Shown here: in pieces, positions 57,901-62,242 of the stretch
How the letters are laid out: the number at the start of each line of letters is the position of its first letter
Numbering within the stretch: the first letter of the stretch is position 1
Assembly (NCBI GenBank): GCA_964603685.1
Contig: CAZRWF010000005.1
Span: 2,721 to 66,720 of the forward strand
Reading direction: 5' to 3'
DNA: 64,000 nucleotides
DNA from: an uncultured Chitinophagaceae bacterium
GTDB lineage: Bacteria; Bacteroidota; Ignavibacteria; UBA10030; UBA8401
The notes under the pieces: generated by a model
What the model was told of the DNA's origin: nothing
The model's database searches: none
Seen by the model: only the letters and a program-made list of their open reading frames with translations
Made by a program: the position numbers and the translations under genes

Positions 57901-59032
57901 TGGACCACACGGCAGGATTTTTCCATGAACCGGACGTGATGGTGTACGGCGCTCCGGCGGAAAGGGTGGCCTGATTTCCCGCCAATGCTGTGCTTAACCG
58001 GCCTTCGTTCACCGCGTAGACTTTAAAATAGTACGTCGTTCCGGCGAGTAATCCGGTTGCAGCGTAGGATGTTGCATTGGCCGCCGTTTGGCCGAGAAAA
58101 TTGTACGTCGCTCCTCCGTCATCCGAGCCATAAACGGCAAATCCGACTTCATTCCATAACGTATCGACCCAGTTCAACGTCATGCCGGTCTGTGACACAC
58201 CGGTGAACGTTAATGTATGCGGTGCATTCATATCCGGCGGCGTAAACGTCAACCGGGATCCGGAGGCCGGCATCGTTACCAGATTGTGCGTTTCGGTCGC
58301 CGAAAACGTGGCGGTGTTTGCGGTCTGTTGCACCTGCAACTGGTCCGGCTGTGCCGTTCCACTCATGGTCGGACCGTTAATACCGATCGTATACGTGAAG
58401 CCGAAGGTCCCCTGATTCATCGTGGAATAATTGTATTCGATCACCCCGGAACTTTCGTACAATTTCGCCTGGAAGTTCAAATCGGGTGTCGTATTCCCGT
58501 ACACCGCCATGCTGATCCATTCCACGGTCAGGACTCTGTTCGGAGCGACGCCGGTGACGGAATATTTGATACCGTCACCCAAAGGATCGGTGCCGCCGTC
58601 CGTCGTCAAGTCGTCGTAAAAAGGTGCCAGAGCGGTCAGAGTTCCGGTGGTTCCGGAAAATTGTGCGTTCACATAACTGTAGGCCCCGCCGTCCGGACCG
58701 CCGAGCGCCGTCGAAGAAGAAAAGTCGATAAAACCGTTGGTCGAAACAGAAAAATGCGTGTACCGAACACCGCGGTACCAAAAATCAAATCCGATCTCGA
58801 TCTGAAAACTGCGGTTGTCGTCCAAATTAAAATTTCCGTTGGAGCTGTTTCGCCAATTCGGGACCGATGATCCGGTGAGATCAATACTGTTATACGTGTT
58901 GCCGGTGGTGCGGGCGACCGTATATCGCGCGAGGGTTTGTCCCATTACGATCGTTGATGCCGCAAGAGACAACAAGGCGGCAACGGTGATCCACCGTGTT
59001 TGCCCTGTCCTATAAATGCTCTTTTCGTTCAT
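48926..59032 (-). CDS. Giant 3368-aa secreted protein: NIDO-like N-terminal domain, Fn3, repetitive beta-helix-like modules, C-terminal DUF11 modules
   Basis: Uninterrupted 10.1 kb ORF with a signal peptide. NIDO-like IGFDFWYRGVRYTHFSVSTNGFIDF (about 58418-58825). Fn3 (about 57992-58231). Many G/T/S/N-rich repeats of the form ..FNG.GAQ.IP.F.Y..L.ISG. Ends ...GSYKQIKFKTIVN. Confidence 0.8.
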   Translation of the reverse strand: MNEKSIYRTGQTRWITVAALLSLAASTIVMGQTLARYTVARTTGNTYNSIDLTGSSVPNWRNSSNGNFNLDDNRSFQIEIGFDFWYRGVRYTHFSVSTNGFIDFSSSTALGGPDGGAYSYVNAQFSGTTGTLTALAPFYDDLTTDGGTDPLGDGIKYSVTGVAPNRVLTVEWISMAVYGNTTPDLNFQAKLYESSGVIEYNYSTMNQGTFGFTYTIGINGPTMSGTAQPDQLQVQQTANTATFSATETHNLVTMPASGSRLTFTPPDMNAPHTLTFTGVSQTGMTLNWVDTLWNEVGFAVYGSDDGGATYNFLGQTAANATSYAATGLLAGTTYYFKVYAVNEGRLSTALAGNQATLSAGAPYTITSGSWKNPAVWSTSVVPGISDNATIADGTVIVIDSTVTVNSLTVGQGASGTLLIGDDNTARSITVIGNVTVNAGAVFRVNGVSNTSSHTLTVSGNIANSGRFVMATDADSRCAVTFNKNGTQTVNGNGDSTRFYLMTLNMGTSRSNILDIFATNFSVSTTNFLTLTNGTFNLATGASVTPFTAAASIPSSGGIRVNHASASLSTTGGSLTVAGEFRVQAGTVTIGNNTGHNLISSGGAFTINGGTVLVRGGFIPNNAYVITDLTMTGGTMIVADSGSTSATYAPFNISLAGSNFVMSGGTIIVKKEGGTGAEDLGFVLSGFTSYSVTGGTVQIGYTGLTPAAQTMRVNVSIPVYNFVVNSSNATAQLITNGLTVLNDLTITAGTLNANGLDIGVARHWENNSQTFTPGAGKVTFNGTGAQSVIDPSGETFNKLTVSKSSGTLTLQNSVTVSDSFAVLSGTMDIQTNTLTLNGNVSSGGTVTSAATGTINYNQSSNGQTVLAMNYGNLTFSNFTKILPAGVVGVANVFTSGSAAGHTITGNTMDFNGSGAQNIPSFLYNNLTLSTSGTKTQQSGADTVTGTLTIGGSVTLTVSSADTMRVLGNVINNGTQNGTNYLDLSGSTAQSISGGGSFTNLKVNNANGITLTGNMTINGTLRLLNGNITNASDTVIISSSGTVSRNSGHVTGWLKKSVGTGSNVTVTYEIGTGNNYTPAQFVFASVSVAGTLTVSTVAEEHPESATSFVNPADNVNRYWQTRYSDLVYNTASGYNLTLTYVAGDCDIAGSATFRMNWYNGSFWDSTTAGTRTTTTNQALGIDSLGIYIIGLRDANNAFRSKGSGTWNDFTNVWERFDGTNWVNAVSSPVLASGQITIRNGHTVTVTTNLSGVTNGQDQIVVEEGGTLVIGTGGTLQIRNGAGTDLTVYGTVKWDAGTFSVNGGPSAVYMSGGKYIHDVNGSAINVGMTTTWNANSTVEITGTTNTVPTSLAQTFGNFVWNNAAQSAVIALAGNPVTVNGNFEVLNTNGQQLLINNNTAASKTIGGSFKVEGTSKVLMKQTGATAYTVTIGDSLVVRGTGSTLRFVTTSTAAVHLTVSGSVLMSGDSLNLSGSASVDSLKVGGNFTHTSGVITETSTGSGTIVFNGTSRQVYTSGGTVSNTVNYRVHSGSWLAFAGSSVLSGGGSFTLLVNGTLESSSVDGITSAGATGNVQVTGTRTYSSLANYIFAGSALQSTGVFTTTPTARTVNKLEINNSAGVNMSDSLTVTDSLKLVAGNLGVGTMTLYIANATAVTSGTISSDAIGTVNYSKGSNGQNILPGNYGNLILSNFNKTFPSSVGIASVFTPGTATGHTLTGNTIDFNGTSPQTVNGWAYYQHLTVSGSNWKKLSGNATVNGNLSISGATLSDSIYTLTVKGNISNNTVNTGSGTGKTLLAGGSSAHQISGGGSFRILELNDINGATVNANFTVDSILVLTSGVMTTGSNVISCSVFPGTSRTAGHVHGFLQKTIGVSGSPQTYTFQVGDATNYTPVELTFQSVSVGGTVMASQTAVDHPQVKYSGLDEYKDVNRFYTLSGAGLTFSTYDATFNFVAGDIDAGANTAYFFVKRYNTTWSPSTINVRNSTSTKTTGITGFGDFAVGEASLTFYWTKGAGTYNWGDDYNWSSHSVPTSGNHIVFDGKDTITVNVDAYCNDLIVHNDTARVTILAGKTLSVSGNFTQYSGIVSTRGAFPTVAGTVSLVGGTFGYDSSGGTQTVTAHTYHSLRISGGGTKTAAAGMIVDQNLTIGAGATFADGGFTITVKDSIQNDGAHTGAGKILFNGTSEHRIAGTGSFTNMELNNTSNGITLSDDMIVNGVLTLTNGIVTATSDSVTITSTGSLTRTSGYVNGFLKRYFTPGSDSITYAIGSSSNYLPVTISFGTVSNAGYVTAKTVNGDHPDVANAGVFADSTVNRYWIVINNGTVFDSYNMTVNWIAGDVDAGISDFSDMLVVKKDNGVWSDATVGVITSTSVRAMNVSSFSEFAVGKGSSETYTSVVTGNWSTAATWDLNKVPKKRDKVFIVSPHIVSLVDDREITNVSIASGAELSDGGYRLDLYGNFAFSGQWSGSGQIRWNDSDQDTLSGTGGKTTGTSTLFVSGTNKVMTATNDTLYRVRIGSGNTVTNSGSIAMARLIGDAAGSTWINGSGAVLAVSDTLLATGTLTASASNNTVNYFGTGAQSVKANSYVHLGISGARGNNSVTLPNGTISVSGTFTPTATFTGGSYVRTGNTIEFNGAGAQTVPAFDYHNMTISGARGGNTVTMANSDTIGVAGSLTISASSVSYAVNGSIVDFNGSGAQTIPAFSYHSLRISGARTTNSVTLVSGDTISVADSLNIAASFTSGGYIVSGSKIAYNGTGAQTIVPFAYHHLSISGARGGNTVVVAPSDTVRIAGTLAVSMSGGTLSFTNSAVDFNGTGAQTIPAFAYHTLKLSGSRGANAVTLASGTIGIAEQFIPAATFSGGEYVVSGSTIEFSGSGAQSIPAFLYNNLHTATGGTKTIAGALRIMGNVTVGAGTTLNAGATTDTVYGHWTTTGSFAAATSKIVFAGGSASTITGATTFYELVVNKTQSATTVTAAGNIQTVNVDMNSGTISTGANTLTITGTRTGNGIIFGTVTRTHVFALSTPYAFEGPNTTIVFTAGTPPSSVTMTVASATPASPTFVAVDRTVNIAITGGSGLTSTLRLHYENSEANSLNETLMKLWQYGTSWQNRNATSFDSVANYVESSGLTSSIVGDWGIGSNVSSKTVSDINGGTAHAGDSLLYTISITNPYNVTKGTIVVTDPLDDNLILKSGSISNGGNISGRVNNGNGSLVGGTVTWPSFSLASGASTSRTFTANTDSLMDVLESIANTAQIDFGGSNVEDVSTSIAITNIANISIDTNVVSHQNPVPGDTLVYTLKYSNNGTSNATSVSAVYTIPANTTFLANGFDVGKGIEVNGTAKTNASDGDEVTVAGTTITVTFATVSPGSYKQIKFKTIVN
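50390..51360 (-). repeat. In-frame tandem array of about 5.3 degenerate copies of a 177-183 nt (59-61 aa) unit inside the giant gene
   Basis: The landmark ccgctgat recurs at 50742, 50925, 51102 and 51282, with the variant ccgctcag at 50565. Protein unit: F(N/S)G.GAQ(T/S)(I/V)PAF.Y(H/N).(L/M).ISGARG.N.VT............(G/S).Y...G..I. Confidence 0.75.
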
Positions 59033-59056
59033 GGGTACTCTGAAAATACTTAAAAG

Positions 59057-62000
59057 TTATTTGTGAAAATAATTCAAAATCTTTTCGGTGAATTTCGCAC
59101 GAACCGACAGGAACGGTCCGGCCGATTGATAGTCGCGTCCGACGAGGTCTTTGTCCTCGGTGCCGACAAAATTGTATCCAACGGCAAAGCGGAGATTTTC
59201 GAACACCACATTGCCGATCTCCGCACTGTATCCGTGTTTCGCCGATTGAGAATTGGCCTGTCCGGCAATACGGGAACTCAGGATCCGGTATTCCGCCGCA
59301 ACATCGAAGCTGTTCCAGCGCAAGTCGTATTCCGCCCGGAGCAGGTAGAAATCGGTCACGGCTGATGCCGACAGGCCGTAGGCCTCATCCGTCGCATATT
59401 TGAGCGCATACTTGGTGCCGATTTCCAAACCGAAAACCGGTTCGATGAAAGTATGGAGCGAAACGATATCCGCGGAGGAGGAGGTGTTCGGCATAACGAC
59501 GCCGTTCCGTTCGATTCTCTTTTCATACTTGCCGATCGCATTCAGCCAATCCATTTCCGTCGGACGGTAGGCGATGCCGATCGCATTATCGAACTTGGAG
59601 AGCGTGCCGCTTCCGGCCGGCGTTCCGATCTGTTGCGCCGAAAGGACGCCATCGGAGAAAGTGGACGACGGCGTTTGCGGAGCGATTCTCTGTTCCACAT
59701 AATACGTGAATTTGTCGATCACGGTAAAGTCGTTCGCCAATCGGATGTCACCGGCGAAGGAAAGGTTCTTTCTCACCGCTTGGGTATTTTTTGCATACTC
59801 CCCTTTAATCGTCGCTTTGTACGATTCTTTCGGCAGATATTCCAAACCTAACGAAAGTGCATCATTGTCGTTCGTCTTCGCTTCCGCCAGTTGGCGATCC
59901 AACGCACGAGTCCGTTCGAATGCCGCATTGGCCGTCACTTCTTCCGACAATTTCGTTGTGTTCTTTAAGCCGATGCTCGCCTGGTTCCGTTTGCCGTTGA
60001 TTCCGTTACCGATTTCGTACCGGCCGGTCATCGTCGTTCCGTATCCGAGTTCCGATCCGACGCCGAAGATGGTGGAACTTCCGCTGCCGATATAGAAACG
60101 CTGCTGTGCGGACAGCGTTATGTCGTCCGTCACCCGGTATTCCGCGCCGATGGCTGCGCTGGAGGGTGTGATCTGTTCTTTCGCCGAACTGCTGATACTT
60201 TGTTCGTATTCACCGGTCAGGTTAATCCGATCGTTCGCGCGTACGGTCGTTTTCGCGTTGATCAACGTCGATTGTTTCGTGTCAACCAACGCTGTATCCA
60301 TGCGGGCGCTTTCGTATCGCAGATTTTCCGCACGGAGTGCGATGGTGGCAAAACTGCTGATCTTCCGTTCCGCACCGCCGGTGATGGAATGAACGTTCAC
60401 AGAGGCGTTACCGCTCGTTTGTTGTTGGGAATAAAAATCCGCCATGAGTTTTGTCTCAAACAGTCCGTCATACACACCGCCCACGCCGTATTTCGTCGAA
60501 CCGAGTTCTGCAGCACCGCCGGCTCCGGCCGTTTGGTTGACGAAACCGGATTCCACTTTGCGGAAATACGATTTCACTTGCATCCGGTCGATCGGTGCAC
60601 CGCCGAGTTCGATTTTCCACGCCGCACCGCTGTTCGACACGTCAGAGCCGTGTGCCACTTCCACATTCGTTTGCAGGCGGTCGGCATACGAATACCGCGT
60701 ATACACGCCAAGCACGGTGTAATTGGTCGGCATCCGTTCTTCCGTCACCGCCGTCGCGCCGATCGTCCACCCTTTCAGAATCCGTTGTTCTGCCTGCACG
60801 CCGGTGACGTAGTTCGTCGGGAAACCCGATTGAGATTCGTACGAAACGACGATGTACACCGGATTTCCCGCTTGATCGATGCTGTTCACCGGTTGTTTGA
60901 AGAACAATGTTCCTTGAACGTAGTCGATCTCATAATCACCGAAGCGGGATTTTTCGGCACGGTTGACGATCACTTCATTGTGCCGTTTGTCGCGCGTTTC
61001 GATTCTGATTTTTTCCGAACCCGGAACAACGTTGCTCACACCGAGGAAATAATATCCCGAAATACCTTGTCCGCGGATCTCATCCTGCACCACTTTCCGG
61101 TCAGTGACCGTCGCAAATACATCCGCTTTGCCGGTGCGCGATTCATAATGACCGCTGATGCCGGTGAATGTCCGGTCGTACCGGGCCAGTTCGTTCTGAC
61201 CAAACGCCGTATTAAAATCGCCGAACATCAGATACGAACGGTTCAATTCCAATTTGAGGAAGAACGGATTGCTTGTCTGTGCCGTATAGTCCACGCGACT
61301 GTTGTCGCCATAGATGGAATAGAGCACATCCGGATCAAGATCGCGGAAGAGCCGGTCCTTCTGGCGGCGTTGATTGTCGAACGAAGCCGTCAGAAGATAT
61401 TTTTCCATCACGGTTCCCCGTCCGTAGAAGGCGAGGCGTCCTTCGGAATGGAATCCGTCGTCGATGGCCGACCGGTTTTTGATTCCGGTAAGATTGCCGG
61501 AAGCGGACAACAGCGATCCTTCGGCATCCGCGGAACCGACGATCATCAACGGCACGATCGGTGTCGTAAATTCGATCTCTTGTGCAGCGGAGACATTACC
61601 CCACGATGCGGCGATGGTGGAAACAAGCGATGCGGAGGGAGACTGAATGCCGAACCGTACTTTCCCGCTGTCAATTCTCACTTGAATGCCGTCCTGATTC
61701 GGATCCACATCCGTCGCGACAATTCCGGCGGTGTCGCTGGTAAGGGTCACATGGTACATTCCGGGAATGATGACGCCGAATTTGTCTTTCACAATCGCTT
61801 CGAACGAAGACGTGGTGCGTCCGTCCGCAACAAATGCATTCGCCGCGGAGACGATGTCGATCGCGTGCGGTTCACCGGCGACATGCATCCGCACGGTATC
61901 CGTTTCCGGGAACAATCCGTGCGCAACGACCGCAAACGTTACCGGGCCTTGTTCGACGGCGATATTCAGGAAATCATGGACTCCGTCCGGACGAACCGTA

Positions 62001-62194
62001 CCGGAATCGACGGCCGTACCGTTCATCCACAACACGACCTTCGTCCCCGGGGCGGCAGAGATGATCACCGCTTGGCGCGTCATCATGCTGACCTCGTTCT
62101 GCGCGGGCGTTACGATCTGCAGCCGTTGAGCGAACGAAACGCTCGCAGCGGCGATCAGAATCAAAAGGTGATATGTAAGATGTCGGAGTTTCAC
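59057..62194 (-). CDS. 1045-aa putative outer-membrane beta-barrel protein with N-terminal Ig-like (Big_1-type) domains; GTG start
   Basis: Signal peptide MKLRHLTYHLLILIAAASVSFAQ. Big_1-like ADGRTTSSFEAIVKDKFGVIIPGMYHVTLTS. About 800 aa of alternating amphipathic, aromatic-capped strands (e.g. FYLLRAEYDLRWNSFDVAAEYRIL, NLRFAVGYNFVG, GPFLSVRAKF). Confidence 0.55.
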   Translation of the reverse strand: MKLRHLTYHLLILIAAASVSFAQRLQIVTPAQNEVSMMTRQAVIISAAPGTKVVLWMNGTAVDSGTVRPDGVHDFLNIAVEQGPVTFAVVAHGLFPETDTVRMHVAGEPHAIDIVSAANAFVADGRTTSSFEAIVKDKFGVIIPGMYHVTLTSDTAGIVATDVDPNQDGIQVRIDSGKVRFGIQSPSASLVSTIAASWGNVSAAQEIEFTTPIVPLMIVGSADAEGSLLSASGNLTGIKNRSAIDDGFHSEGRLAFYGRGTVMEKYLLTASFDNQRRQKDRLFRDLDPDVLYSIYGDNSRVDYTAQTSNPFFLKLELNRSYLMFGDFNTAFGQNELARYDRTFTGISGHYESRTGKADVFATVTDRKVVQDEIRGQGISGYYFLGVSNVVPGSEKIRIETRDKRHNEVIVNRAEKSRFGDYEIDYVQGTLFFKQPVNSIDQAGNPVYIVVSYESQSGFPTNYVTGVQAEQRILKGWTIGATAVTEERMPTNYTVLGVYTRYSYADRLQTNVEVAHGSDVSNSGAAWKIELGGAPIDRMQVKSYFRKVESGFVNQTAGAGGAAELGSTKYGVGGVYDGLFETKLMADFYSQQQTSGNASVNVHSITGGAERKISSFATIALRAENLRYESARMDTALVDTKQSTLINAKTTVRANDRINLTGEYEQSISSSAKEQITPSSAAIGAEYRVTDDITLSAQQRFYIGSGSSTIFGVGSELGYGTTMTGRYEIGNGINGKRNQASIGLKNTTKLSEEVTANAAFERTRALDRQLAEAKTNDNDALSLGLEYLPKESYKATIKGEYAKNTQAVRKNLSFAGDIRLANDFTVIDKFTYYVEQRIAPQTPSSTFSDGVLSAQQIGTPAGSGTLSKFDNAIGIAYRPTEMDWLNAIGKYEKRIERNGVVMPNTSSSADIVSLHTFIEPVFGLEIGTKYALKYATDEAYGLSASAVTDFYLLRAEYDLRWNSFDVAAEYRILSSRIAGQANSQSAKHGYSAEIGNVVFENLRFAVGYNFVGTEDKDLVGRDYQSAGPFLSVRAKFTEKILNYFHK

Positions 62195-62203
62195 GTTATT
62201 GGC

Positions 62204-62233
62204 GGAACTACCCGGATCACTCCGGATAGTTCC
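62204..62233 (-). promoter_or_regulatory. Strong intercistronic stem-loop (12 bp) between the upstream DUF11 gene and the barrel gene
   Basis: On the minus strand: GGAACUAUCCGG-AGUGAU-CCGGGUAGUUCC (one G-U). No U-tract follows. It sits in a 48-nt gap. Confidence 0.55.
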
Positions 62234-62242
62234 AAAAGAGCA

